From: Malacoraja senta
Taxonomy: Eukaryota
Length of the DNA stretch: 64,000 nt
NCBI GenBank assembly: GCA_038087875.1
Contig: CM075990.1
Span: 11,038,001 to 11,102,000 of the forward strand
Direction: 5' to 3'
A program made the translations under genes and the position numbers. This document shows, in pieces, positions 37,527 to 50,670 of the stretch (the first letter of the stretch is position 1; the number at the start of each line of letters is the position of its first letter). The notes under the pieces were generated by a model. The model worked only from the letters and a program-made list of their open reading frames with translations, was not told where the DNA came from and ran no database searches.

Positions 37527-37628
37527 TACCAACCCGATTACATTTAGTTCCAAGTCATTTGCATGTATCACAAACTGTTGTTTGTGATGCATGCAAATGA
37601 CTTGGAACTAAATGTAATCGGGTTGGTA
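37527..37628. repeat. Near-perfect inverted repeat (49-bp arms, 4-nt loop)
   Basis: 37527..37575 is the reverse complement of 37580..37628 with one mismatch. Confidence 0.95.
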
Positions 37629-37837
37629 AGTCCCAGCACAGATGCCTGTGGAACTCCACTGGTCACAGACCTCCAGTCTGAATATTGTTCTTCAACCATA
37701 ACCCTCTGTTCTTAATCCATGTTCTTAATCCATGCAACTAAATTACTAATAATCGCATGCATTTTAATCTGGATCAGTTTATCCGACGGGACTTTATCAT
37801 TTAGTAATTAATTTTGTAAACTACTGTTTTAACTTTT

Positions 37838-37901
37838 TGTCCGAGAAACCCCCAACATTGTCCGAGAAACCCCCAACATTTGTCCGAGAAACCCCCAACA
37901 T
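37838..37901. repeat. 21-22-bp tandem repeat, 3 copies
   Basis: tgtccgagaaacccccaacat(t) x3. Confidence 0.9.
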
Positions 37902-40900
37902 GATGACTTAATTTTGGAGATTACAAGAACTGAGATTGTGAATTTTTGCATGAGTTTATTAAATCTGTATTACTTCTCCCTCCATCTGCCTTGCATTTTA
38001 ATGAGGAAGTAGTGAATAATGATGTATGATTCGTGTCTGAGCAAGGGAAACCAAGAGCCCTGTTAGGACAAGGAGGGCAGCTGACAGGCATTTAGACAAA
38101 TGTATGGAAATGGAATAAAATACGTGTTAAAGGGAGAAAATGCTCCATCCCCTATGACAGTCAAAGCGAGGATAGAATTCTTACATGGAGCGTGTTATCT
38201 TCTAAAGATCTGGTAGTGATCTGATCATAAACCCTGCCTCTTACTGTGAGCAAGCACACGTTAGTTTGAGTAGGTGATGCCTGACGTGCTTATGCTTGTC
38301 AACACAATTGGTTTTGGGTGTTGATGAGAAGCAAGGAGGGTGTTGCAATGAATCAGCACTGTTTAGTTTAGTTTTCCGGAAACAGGCCATTCAGCCCACC
38401 AAGTCCGTGCTGACCAGCATACACTAACACTATCCTACATACTGGGGACAATTTTACAATTTTTACTGAAGCCAATTAACCTACAAACCTGTAGGTCTTT
38501 GAATGTGGGAGGAAACCGGAGCACCTGGAGAAAATCCACACAGACACGGGGGGAACGTACCCACTCAATAGACAATGGGTGCAGGAGTAGGCCATTCGGC
38601 CCTTCGAGCCAGCACCGCCATTCAATGTGATCATGGCTGATCATCCCCAATCAGTACCCCGTTCCTGCCTTCTCCCCATATCCTCTGACTCCGCTATCTT
38701 TAAGAGCCCTATCTAGCTCTCTCTTGAAAGTATCCAGAAAACCGGCCTCCACTGCCCTCTGAGGCAGAGAATTCCACACTCACAACTCTCTGTGTGAAAA
38801 AGTGCTTCCTAGTCTCCGTTCTAAATGGCTTACCCTTTACTCTTAAACTGTGGCCCCTGCTCTGTACAGACAGCACAGGAAAGGGTGACGTTTCGGGTCG
38901 AGACCCTTTTTCAATATAAATACCGGAGTTAATCCATTCTATCCTCGCAATCACTTCTGACATTGGGAATGTAGCCAGCACCCACTTGAGCTTGCGACAT
39001 GATTACCCCTGCACAGTTTCTCTTCTGCACAAGTTCTGCACTTCTTCTAAATAGACATCTTTGAGCTTAGTGGCGAGAAGGGAACTGCACAGAGTGCATT
39101 TTATTTAATCATAGTCCTCGAGTGAGATGGATTGAAAAAGCCGACTGTCTAGAGGATAATAAATCCAGTGGCACCCTGTGTACTAAGCTTCAGAAACACT
39201 TTCTGTGACACAATGCAGAAAGGAAAGGAGGCCTGATTCATTCTCAACCTGAGCAGCAGACTGTAAGACATGTTGTTTATCCATGGAACTGGCAGTAATA
39301 ATGTACAAAGGTTTTCCCTTTTTGCTGTAAGTAACGTGCTTTTAAAACTTCAGTGGTCTCACACCGAGTTCTGAGCAGCAAACTCTGTGCCATCCAATTT
39401 AACCGGATGCTTTCAAGATACTTAGATTTTTGTTCCATTGGATATAAATGTGTGCTGCATTATTTGTTCTGTCTGAGACGGTCTCTCGGTGCACTGGCTT
39501 TGGGAATGTTAACAAAGGAGATCACAGCTTGAAATCTGGCACTTTATTATGAAGCCGATGATTCCATTGAATCAGTGGTGTAAGTAATTTTTATTAAAAG
39601 CAATTGCAAGTAAAGGGCAGCAGAGTGGCGCAGTTGCTGCCTCAGCACCAGAGTTCTGAGTTCCATCCTGACCTTGGGTGCTGTCTGTGTGGAGTTTGCA
39701 TATTGGTATAAACCAGCATGTGCAGTTCCTTTCTACACTCTAATGTCGGTATCGTATTTGCTTCCAATCGTGGCAACGCATTCCAGCTCTATGTGTAAAA
39801 AAAACAAAAAACGGAGACTCCTTTGAACTTAAAACCTGTGGCCTTTCTGAAACTCGCATTTGTTAACTCGCCTGTCCTCTGGCTCCATCTTGTGCTTAGT
39901 TTCTGTCTTTGAAGCAAATTGAGATGTATTACAAAACCGACAGATTTGGCCTTAAAGAAAAACCTCAAATATAGTAGTCTGAAGAGTAATGTAAGGGGCA
40001 GGGAACTGCTTGTTATCTTTTAACCTTTTCAGGACAAGGGTGAGATTGCAAAAAATCAAATATGTTTGATTCAAGTCTGGGATCCTGAGTGAAAGCCTAA
40101 AAGATCGAGGGGGTAAAAGGCCTAAAGAGGGTGTCAAAGAGAAAGGGAAGATACGAGACATGGGAATCATCACCAATTTTTTTTTTTCTCCACCTGACCC
40201 CCCCCCCCCCCCCCCCACCCAGATGCTGATCACCGAGTTCCTCATGCAGGTTGACAATAAGTGCTGGGCTAACTCAGTAGGTTAGGTAGCATCTCTGGAG
40301 AACATGGATAGGCAATGCTTCAGGTTGGAACCCTTCTTCAGACTGACCAGCATCTGTCCACCAACATCTGCAGTTCCTTGTTATTACATCGAAGTTTGTT
40401 TGGAGAGAAAGTGCGTGGAAATAGGACTTTCAGCCGGTCGAGTCCACGCCAACTATATTTCTGTGTTATCCCACTTTTGCATCCTACACACGAGGGGCAA
40501 TTTACAGAAGTCAATTAACCTACAACTGACAAAGCTGCACATCTTTGAAATGTGCGAGGAAACCAGAGCACCTGAAGAAAACCAACACGGTCACAGGGTG
40601 AAAGTACAAATTCCACATGCATGGCACCTGTAGTTGGAATTGAACCCGGGTCTCTGGTTTGTGATGCTCCTGCAGGTTGTTTCTTGCTTTAGGTCCAAAT
40701 TTTAATATAACAGCTGTAACTCGTGAATAGTACACTCACCTCTCACTTGGAGGGTGAGCGTCCAAGACCCACTCAAAGATTTGATCCCACAACAACCCAG
40801 GGGAACGATGCCTTTATTCAGGAGCTGCGAGTCATGTGGAGGATCATGCTGAGACTATTGCAGATGAAAGTAAATAACCCTTTTGTCTGCTGGCTAATGA

Positions 40901-41319
40901 TTCCTCAATCAGCACGATGGAAAGATCAGATTATCTGATCATTCTTGCACTATGGACCCCTCTCCCAGTTCAAAAGCCTTTGCCAGTGACTAATACATTT
41001 CAGCTGAATCCCATCCTCTGCTACGTTGAATTCCCATATTTTTTCACCCTGTTCTCTCTTTTTAATACAAATCTTTAGTCCCCAAAGCCATGGAAGATCA
41101 TCTGTGCTTTTACCTCACCATCTCTTGGACACCCCCCCCCCCCCCCTACCCACCCTCTCCCCTTTCATTTTAATGTCTGTATCTCCTTTGATTCTCTGAC
41201 TTCTAATATGGTGCTCAAGGGATTAAATACAGCAATAATCTGCAAAATTCAACAATAATCTGTTCTCCACCCCCATTGCTCCCTCTCATTGCCCTGTATT
41301 ATTATTTCCCTTTTTTTAG

Positions 41320-41466
41320 GTTAAAGAAAATAAAGGAAATCTTCATCTTTGGAAAGCCTGAAGTATCTGTTGTAGCCATTGGCTCGGACACGTTTGATAT
41401 ATTCCGATTATCAAATGCAATGACATCCAAAGGGTGGAACCTCAACACCTTGCAGTTCCCTTCCAG
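41320..41466 (+). CDS. SGPL1: SGPL1 coding exon (about exon 13)
   Basis: ttttag|G TTA AAG...TCC AG|gtatgt; 147 bp; [48 protein letters not shown]. Confidence 0.96.
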
Positions 41467-41729
41467 GTATGTGACTCTCCTCCTGTGCACTCATCCTTCC
41501 TGCTGTGACTCTCTTTCTACATTCTCCATCAGTGTGATGCTCTCTCAGACTCTTATTGATTGGAGAAAGTGTTGCTGCCTAAACCTACACAGTACATTCA
41601 CCCACTGAGTTTCTCCAGCCTTTTTGTCTACCTTCAATTTCTCCAGCATCTGCAGATCTTTCTTAAACAGCACATTTATAAAATCTTTTTTATTTTTATT
41701 TATAAAAGCCTTTGAATTAATTGATTGTA

Positions 41730-42031
41730 AGATACAGCATAGAAACGGGCCCTTCTGTCCACCGAGTTCACATCGACCATCGATCATCTTGTTCACACTA
41801 GGTCAATGTGATCCCGCTTTCATATCCACTCTCTACACAACAGGGACAATTTACAGAGGCCAATTAAACTACAAGCCCTCACATCTTTGGGATGTGGGAG
41901 GAAATCAGAGCACACGGAGGAAACCCATGCATTCACAGGGAGAATTTGCAAACTCCATAGAGACAACACTCAAGGTCAGGATTGAACCTGGTTCTGGTGC
42001 TGTGAGGAAGCAGCTCTACCAGCTGCACCAC
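41730..42031 (-). mobile_element. tRNA-derived SINE (HE1/V-SINE-like)
   Basis: Minus strand gtggtgcagctggtagagctgcttcctcacagcacc..ggttcaatcctgacc head and V-like core. Confidence 0.7.
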
Positions 42032-42822
42032 TATGAGTCCCTTGGTGCTTGCCATGATTATTGGGAATGAAGGTCAGAGCTGGGGGGGGGGGTCAAATGT
42101 ATTCAAAACTCTGAAAGCCCCAGAGTGGGTAAACAATAGGTTTGACGTCTTTATATATGGTATATCTGATCCATTTGCATTCAAAACAAAGCTTTTCACT
42201 GTACCTTGGTGCATGTGAAAATAATAAACCTAAACATAATTCTTTCCCTCCTTTAAATCTTGCGAAACTGGAATAATGTTAATTTTTTTTAAATTCGGAT
42301 CTTTCAAGGAAATAAATTGGACAAACTGATTTTTAGGACACTTAGGCGAACAATGAGATCAGAAATGAATATTGCACTGTGTCAGCCAATGTCCTTTGTT
42401 TGAGTTGATAAAACAAAGTATTGTGTGTTCTCTGGGATGTAAAAATACCCACAACATAATTGTGAAAAAGAGGACTGTTCTTCCTGGCTTCCTCCTAATA
42501 TATCCCTGATCACTGTTGCTAAAACTGGACGATCTGGTCATTATCATACTGATTGTGGAATTTTGCAATTTGGAAATTAACCATATTCCAACAATAATGA
42601 CATTTTAAAAATCTCTTTGCTGGAGATAAAACCTCTTGACCGTGCAAGATGCTGCAGAGATGCAAGTCTTCCCAAAATCTGTAGTTTCCACAATGCGGCC
42701 TGCAGTTATATCACGTCAGTCGAGGAGAGTTTTTACTTGCAGTGCGGTTGTCTGGAAGCCTGAGTAGAACATTGATTGAACAACCACAGTTGTGCTCACA
42801 CTATTTTACTGTTCCTTTGCAG

Positions 42823-42943
42823 CATTCATATATGTGTGACGCTCCTGCACACCAGGAACAGTGTGGCTGACCGGTTTGTGGAGGATGTTCGTCAGAGCGT
42901 GACTGAAATAATGAAAAACCCCGCGGAGAAGACAACTGGGCGG
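42823..42943 (+). CDS. SGPL1: SGPL1 coding exon (about exon 14)
   Basis: ttgcag|C ATT CAT...GGG CGG|gtgagt; 121 bp; IHICVTLLHTRNSVADRFVEDVRQSVTEIMKNPAEKTTGR. Confidence 0.95.
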
Positions 42944-43763
42944 GTGAGTTATGATGGGGTGGGCAAAGATGTCCCTCTTTGTCTCCAAAATGGGTGTAAA
43001 TTCACTTGGTTACAGATTGATGACACGTGAGGAGATGGAGTCTTGTGGGCAATCTCACACATGACCAAAGTTGAGCCATCTTTTAAACTGCTAGGAAATT
43101 AGTTCTCGTCCGGATTGTAGAACTGGGAACAATTGCCAGCAACTCTCAAGCCAAGTGGATTATATGAGAATAAATGCAATGTGGGAGCACTGCGGGATAT
43201 GGAAGTGTTCTTACCGTGAACATTGTCAAACACTGCTGCCTTTGTTCTACGCAGTGGAAGACTGCTTGGGTTCTCTGGGAGAGTGTTTGTTTCTGGGAGA
43301 ATGTTTGTTTATGTGTCCGGACATAGGTAGCAATGTCCTCAGATCAACAGAAGATCTGTTCCCAACTTTTCCCCTTAGTCCCCAATGTTCAGTTTTGTTG
43401 GACAGCTCTTTGGGAAGCATCTTAGGATGTTTGAATGCAATAAAAAATACTTTTCATTTTGCATGCAGTCAATTGGTCATTTTGATTAATCCTGCAGTAT
43501 TTTCTCAGATTGTTTAAAAAATGGACACAAAGTGCTGGAGTAACTCAGTGGGTCAGGCAGCATCTGTGGAGAACATGTTTTCCAGAGATGCTGCTTGAGC
43601 CTATCCATGTTCTCCGGAGATGGTGTCTGGCCCACTGAGTTTCTCCAGCGCTTTGTGGGTTTTTTTTGGAAGTCAGCATCTGCCTTGTGTCTATATCTCA
43701 CATTGATAGATGGGTTTAGGACTCCACCGTGACCTAAAGTGACTCCCTCTCCTTCCTCTGCAG

Positions 43764-43907
43764 GGTGCTATCTACGGGATGGCGCAGTCGATTCCTGATC
43801 GCTCTCTGGTGACAGAAATCTCTCATGGATTCCTGGACTGCCTCTACAGCACTGAACTTCCCAATAACGAGAAAAGCCACATGAACGGAGACTCAACAAA
43901 ACACTGA
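43764..43907 (+). CDS. SGPL1: SGPL1 last coding exon with stop codon
   Basis: ctgcag|GGT GCT ATC TAC GGG ATG...CAC TGA; GAIYGMAQSIPDRSLVTEISHGFLDCLYSTELPNNEKSHMNGDSTKH*. Confidence 0.96.
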   Translation, partial: GAIYGMAQSIPDRSLVTEISHGFLDCLYSTELPNNEKSHMNGDSTKH

Positions 43908-46062
43908 AGAGCACAAATTAACTTTTTAAAAGAGAAAGGAAATCATGGATTGCGTAGCAAGAGAAAGTTTTAGCAGACAGCTGAGGTGTCCAGAACCAAA
44001 TTCTATTCCTTGCTATTTGCAGGCATTTAAAAATCTGGGAATATATAATTGGATAAGGTGGGGTTAATTTTGTTGTTTTGTTTTTTATTTGTTTTTCATT
44101 TGCCACTTCTGAATCCCAAAAAGCCTTGACTTTGTACTTTTTTAAAAATGTTGTATTGAAAATAATTTCTTTGGCCTGTGAACCATGTAATATTCAAATG
44201 CAAAATTGAATTTTTTTGTTTAAAAAAAAAAGAAAGGGAATTCACAGATTTTTTAATGAGAATGTTCAAATGGTCAGAGCACTGGATTCAATTGTCAACT
44301 GATTTGCCAAGGATTTGGAGGGAAGTGGCAATTCACCTTGATGCCTTTCTAAACTTTCTTTCACATGAAATGTCTTGGCAAAATCTTTCTCGAAGGAGCA
44401 AATTGTATGTTTGGTCACTTCTGGTCATTCTTGGTGTAAGCCTGGGGTACTGGGTAGTGCTGAGAATGATGGGGAGGGATGTTGGTACCCGGAGCAGAAG
44501 GAGGGAATGATGAATGTGTGCTGCTCACCTGTAGACAGGTAAAGGCCCATCTGGATGAGGCAGGTTACGACAGAGCAGGTGTGCGGTGCCCTGGATTGGC
44601 AGTCGCTGTTTGGTCCTATTCACATTGCAATTGTATTTGACATTGCAATAGAATCTGACCTTTTGAGGGAACCTTGTGACTTGATGTGAGAATGGCAGGG
44701 GTTAATTACTGAGCTCATCATTCATGATCGTAACCAAGCAGATGGCAAACCAGTGCCTCCAAGTCACTCTTGATGTACATTTACAGCTCACTCTTACTGT
44801 TTGAACGTTCGCTGGTTGCATTTCGCTGGCCCCATTTCATGTTGAGGGTTGCTTTGTCTCGGACATGGCTCCAATGTTTCCACGTAATCCTGGAACGAGC
44901 AACATCGCCTTTACCCTCAACCAACAGACGGTTTAAAACTCTAAATAAGGCAACTGTTATAATTACTGACAGACCGGAGACTGGCTTCTCCGCTGCCTTG
45001 GAAATTGCATTCTTGCACTATTGCTGTGCAATTTTGTAAACTGATTGTTGAAGTCAATCAGATATTCGGACAAGGATGTGATTTTATTTTTTCACAGAAG
45101 TGACACCCGACTTGCTCCTTTGAGACTGCGTGAATTCTTTCTTTCAGTGTCCTCCATTGTTGAAGTTGGTGGTTTTAAATATTTCAGAGTGTGTCATAGA
45201 GTCTGTGTTTCACTTGTGTTGGTGTCAGTGTTTTTGGATACTTCCATTGCTTACTTACTGTGGCAAGGTCTAAGACCGCATCTGACCATCAGTGATGCCT
45301 TGAGATACTGTACTACATATAGCAAGTGCTCAAGCTGTAACTCTACTGTCTCCATGTTGCACACCAGTGCATGCTTTATCAGGGAGCACATGAGTAATAG
45401 TGGCAAGATTTTAACGGTACTTTAGTGCTATCTTTAAAAACAGGCTTGATTTGTACTAATTCTTGAACATAATCAATTTTTCTCCAGGTACACAGCAGTA
45501 CAAATTCCACTCTGTAGCATTTTTATCTTTAACACTATGTTCTGATGCACACTTCCCAAAGTCACCTGCCAGTGAAACTCGTGCCACTTGTTGTCTCCCG
45601 TCCTTCCAAGCTGTTATTCGTGCAGTTAGAGGCCTGAGGCAGGGAACTTGAATATGGAAACTTGAAGGAGCATGACGCTCCACGAAACGACCCCCACCCC
45701 TCCCTGAGTTGAACTGTGAAATGCTGGCAATGTCGGGTTATAAACCAGTGCCCACTGGGCAAAGCACTGGGCAAACCAGTGCCCACTGGGCAAAGCACAT
45801 CTACTCTGCCCCACTCTATTTGCCCACAATGTGAGCTCCACAGGGTCTGAGCAGGCAATGAGGACTAGGCACACCAAGTTCCTGCAGAGGCATCATCCAC
45901 AGCAGTCAATGGAAGGTTCACCACTTGTCCCCATCAATCAGTGGCTCCAGGTAGGCTCATTCTATTGTCACTCTAGTCCCTTGTGAATGGGTTGCATCTT
46001 GTACTTGTCATGTGTTTCTATGGGAACATTTTTGCAATGGTTTCTGATTTTAAAAATATATA

Positions 46063-47673
46063 CATTGCCCTCCATATTGTTTGGGATAAAGACCCATCAT
46101 TTATTCATTTGCCTCTGTTCTCCACAATTTGAGATTTGTAATAGAAAAAAATCACATGGTTAAAGTGCACATTGTCAGATTTTAATAAAGACAATTTTTA
46201 TACATTTTTGTTTCACCATGTTGAAATTACAGCAGTGTTTATACATAGTTCCCCCCCCCCCCCATTTCAGGGCACCATAATGTTTGGGACACAGCAGTGT
46301 AATGTAAATGAAAGTAATCATGTTTAGTGTTTTATTGCATATCCTTTGCATGCAATGACTGCTTGAAGTCTGCGATTGATGGACATCACCAGTTGCTAGG
46401 TGTCTTTAGCTTATGTGTGTTTTGGGGGCTAGTCCCCTTCAGTTTTCCCTTTAGCATATAAAAAGCGTGCTCAGTTGGGTTCAGATCAGGTGGTTGACCT
46501 GGCCACTCAAGAATTTACCATTTTTTTAGCTTTGAAAAACTCCTTTGTTGCTTTCCCAGTATGTTTGGGATCAATTGTCTTGCTGTAGAATGAACCGCCG
46601 GCCAATGAGTTTTGTGGCATTGTTTGAACTTGAGCAGAAAGGATATGTCTATACACTTCAGAATTCATTATGCTACTACCATCAGTAGTTGTATCATCAA
46701 TGAAGATAAGTGAGCCAGTACCTTCAGCAGCCATACATGCCCAGGTCATAACCCCCCCCCCACCACTGTGTCTCACAGATGAGGTGGTATGCTTTGGATC
46801 TTGGGCAGTTCCTTCTCTCCTCCATACTTTGTTCTTGCTATCACTCTGATACAAGTTAATGTCTCATCTGTCCACAAGACCTTTTTCCAGAACTGTGGTT
46901 GCTCTTTCAAGTACTTCTTGGCAAACAGTAACCTGGCCATCCTATTTTTGCAGCTAACCAGTGGTTTGCATCTTGCAGTGCAGCCTCTGTATTTCTGTTC
47001 ATGAAGTCTTCGGCGGACAGTGGCCATTGACAAATCCACTCCTGAAGAGTGTTTCTGATCTGTCGGGCAGGTGTTTGACCATTTTTCTTTATTATAGAGA
47101 ATTATTCTGTCATCAGCTGTAGAGGTCTTCCTTGGCCTGCCAGTCCCTTTGCGATTAGTAAGCTCACCAGTGCTCTCTTTCTTAATGATATTCCAAACAG
47201 TTGATTTTGGTAAGCCTAAGGTTTGGCTGATGTCTCTAACAGTTTTATTATTGTTTCTCAGTCTCGTAATGGCTTCTTTGACTTTCATTGGCACAACTTT
47301 GGTCCTCGTGTTGATAAACAGCAAAACGTTTCCAAAGGTGATGGAAAGACTAGGTGCTGAGAGCTCTCATATACCTGCATTAAGGAGGCATTTAAACATC
47401 CCTGAGCAATTAGAAACACCAGTGAAGCCGTGAGTCCCAAACATTATGGTGCCCTGAAATGGTGGGGGGGGGGGGGGGGGGGACCTATGTATAAACACAG
47501 CTGTAATTTCTACATGGTGAAACCAAAATGTATAAAAATGGTCTTTATTAAAACATGACAATGTGCACTTTAACCACATGTGATTTTGTTTCTATTACAA
47601 ATCTCAAATTGTGGAGTACAGAGGCAAATAAATAAATGATGGGTCTTTGTTCAAAACATTATGGAGGGCACTG
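46063..47673 (-). mobile_element. Near full-length Tc1-family transposon with ~225-bp IR/DR-type TIRs; transposase frameshifted
   Basis: TA then cattgccctccata... at left, ...tatggagggcactg at right; inner repeat cataatgtttgggac; minus strand gives HTH (GLPKSTVWNII, GRPRKT), WTDET, DPKHT, WPGQPPDLNPTEH. Confidence 0.93.
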
Positions 47674-49139
47674 TTGGAGAGCCTTACTGTTGTGCGAAAC
47701 AAACTGTTACCAACATTCCCTAGGTTTAAGCCATATCTAACACGCTCACATTCCAGCCTTTAAGAGTTTGTGAATGCATTCCATTGCCTTGTAGTTTTCC
47801 TGGTGCACACCCAAAGCAGTGTTGTAAGGGCCAGTGTGGCGAATAGATGCAAACTCTGACTGCATGTTGGGTTCCACTCGGGCTGCACAACTGTACTCTG
47901 CAGGGGAATTGAATGTTGAATTCACAAACTGAACCTAACTCTTTTGTCCGTTTCCCCTTGGCTTTGCTCTGCTGCGTGTTTGAAAAGCAGGGAGACAGTC
48001 CATGAAATCTTCTGCACGATGTGAAGAGGCAAGATATACCTCCCTCTCCCTTGCTTCCTGCAAACCTGTCCCCACATTTCAGTCCAGTTAACCAGCAGAT
48101 GCATTGCATGGTGCGTGGCCCCTTTTATATTTGAGTGCTTTTGCGGCACTGGTCTCCATCTAAACCATCTAACAATCCCGCTGAGGAGTCCTTGCCACAA
48201 GGTAACCCAGGATTGCCTATTTTAATTTAATGCCAGTTTGCTTCTAGTCGGAGCAGAGCGAACGTGTGTCTTGGGACATTTGTAGTGACCGGAGGGGGCA
48301 AATGCAGCAGCTAGTTTGTATACAGCTGTGTTAACCCGGCACCTCTATTACTGTCAGAAAATCATCCAAATTAATTTGGTGTAATATGTATTAATGAGTT
48401 TGTAATTGATATTTGGTAATAAACTTAATTTGTTGAAACTATGCGCCCTTTGTCTCTTCTGCCATTTACCTTCTGTTCCCTCTTGTGATGTTACTTTTAC
48501 TCCCCATTCTTTTTCCGCCAAATATCCCTCCTTAAAAACTGTTCGGCAGCAAATAGAGCAAATCAAAAAATTGCTGGAGTAACTCAGTGGGTCAGGCAGT
48601 ATCTGTGGAGGGAATGGATAGATGCCATTTCGGGTCAGGTCCCTACAGTCATGACCTGAAATGTTGCCTATCATGTCCTCCATAGATGCTGCCCGACCTG
48701 CTTAGTTAGGCCAGAACTTTGTGTTTTGCTCAAGATTCCAGCATGTTCAGTTATTTGTGTCTCAACATAAAATTGATCTGTTTCTCCCTCCAAACATGCT
48801 ACCTGACCTAATTATTAACATCAGTTCCAGAGCCTTTAGAAAAAAATACTGCAGTTGCTGGAAAACTGTTGAATTCTTAATACAGCAACCAGCATTTATT
48901 TCTCAGGCCAGCCTTGTGGTTGTATCAACACCAATGTTGGTGAGCTGAACTGATCATGACCTTAATCTATGCTTCATTTCCTTGACTGGAATTTAAACCA
49001 GTTCTTTGTGAACTGGCACGCTGTGAAATAGTTGGGCATGCATGGGAAGCATTGGTCTTGAAATTGCATCGTTTGGGATCAAGCTTCCACTAAATGTTAT
49101 TTATATAACTGTCAAACCAGCTCAGTCAGTCAATGTATG

Positions 49140-50069
49140 TTCATAAGACATCGGAGCGGAATTAGGCCATTCAACCTGTTGAGTCTACTCCACCATACAA
49201 TCATGACTGATCTATCGTTCCCTCTCAACCTCATTCTCCTGCCTTTTCCCTGTAACCTTTGACACCCTTGCTAATCAAAAACCTGTCAATCTCCACTTTA
49301 AAAATACCCACTTTGCCTCCACAGCAGTTTGTGGCAATGAATTCCACAGATTCACCAACCTTTGGCTAAAGAAAATTCTCCAACTGCTTTCTAAAGGTAT
49401 GTCCTTTTATTCTGAGACTGTGCCCTCTGGTCCTAGTGGAAACATCCTCTCCACTCTATCCAGGTCTTTCATTATGTGGTATGTCTCAATGAGATCCTCC
49501 CGCATCCATCTAAAATTCCAGGCCCTGAGCTTATCATACGTCAACCCAATCATTCCCAGGATCATTCTCTTAAACCACCACTGGATCCTCTACAATGTCA
49601 GCACATGCTTCCTCAGATTTGAGGCCAAAACCTCACAATATTTCAAATATGGTCTTGACTAGTGCCCTATAAAGCCTCAGCATTACATCCCTGCTCTTAC
49701 TCCCGATTCAATCTGCAAATTTTCCTTTTGGGAATCCGACACCAGCACTCCCAATTCCCTGTGCACCTCTAATTTCTGAATCCTCTGCCCATTTAGAAAA
49801 TAGTCTACACTTTTATTCCTGCTACCAAAGTGTAGCCGCACACTTTGCTACATTGTATTCCATCTGCCACTTACTTCCCCACTCTCCCAACCTGTCCAAG
49901 TCCTTCTGATGACTCCCTGCTTCCTCTACACCACCTGTCCCTCAATCTGTCTTTGTATCATCCACAAACTTGGCCACAAAGCCATCAATTCCATCATCCA
50001 AATCATTAATATACAACGTGAAGAATAGCGGCCCCAACACCGACCACTGCGAATCGCCACCAGTCACCA
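49140..50069 (-). mobile_element. CR1-type LINE 3' fragment, continuing at ~50700..50850 beyond a Penelope insertion
   Basis: Minus-strand RT remnant (FVDDTK-like) and a CR1 3' tail like 31430..31500. Confidence 0.75.
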
Positions 50070-50670
50070 AAGATAGACACAAAATGCTGGAGTAACTCAG
50101 CGGAACAGGCATCTTTGGAGAGAAGGAATGGGTGACGTGTTGGGTCGAGACCCTTCTTCAGCGAGAGTCGGGGGGGGGGGGGGGGAAGAGAGATAGAGAT
50201 AATGAAGTGTATGGTGTGAACAAGTCATCAAAGGAGGGTGGAGATCATGGAAAATGTAGAATAGATCATTGTTAACTTGGAGAAGTTAACAAACTAAACA
50301 GAAAATATAATCGGGGACAGTCAAAGAACAGGGAAGGGATGGAGAGAAGGAAAGCAAGGATTACTTGGTAGTTAGAGAAGTCAATATTCATACTGCTGGG
50401 GTGTAAGATGCCCAAGCTAAATATGAGGTGCTGTTCCTCTAATTTGCACTGGGCCTCACTCTAACAATGGAGGAGGCCCAGGACAGAAAGGTCAGTGTGG
50501 GAATGGGAGGGGAAGTTAGTGTTTAGCAACCGGGAGATCAGGTAGGTTTAGGCAGACTGAGTGGAGGTGTTCAGCGAAACGATCGCCGAGCCTGCGCTTG
50601 GTCTCACTGATATATAGGAATCCCCACCTGGAACAGCAAATACAGTCGATGAGGTGCAAGTGAACCTCTG
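50070..50670 (-). mobile_element. Penelope-like element fragment: GIY-YIG endonuclease plus 3' repeat
   Basis: CICCSRWGFLYISETKRRLGDRFAEHLHSV..DLPVAKH is a Penelope-type GIY-YIG domain; downstream on the same strand is gctgaagaagggtctcgacccaacacgtcacc and the common palindromic repeat. Confidence 0.85.

Noticed and set aside
36619..37901. Short tandem repeats as a CRISPR-like array
   Set aside because: No unique spacers, no cas genes, eukaryotic intron context
45742..45800. aaaccagtgcccactgggcaaagcac duplicated with internal palindromes
   Set aside because: Small local slippage duplication with no further supporting structure
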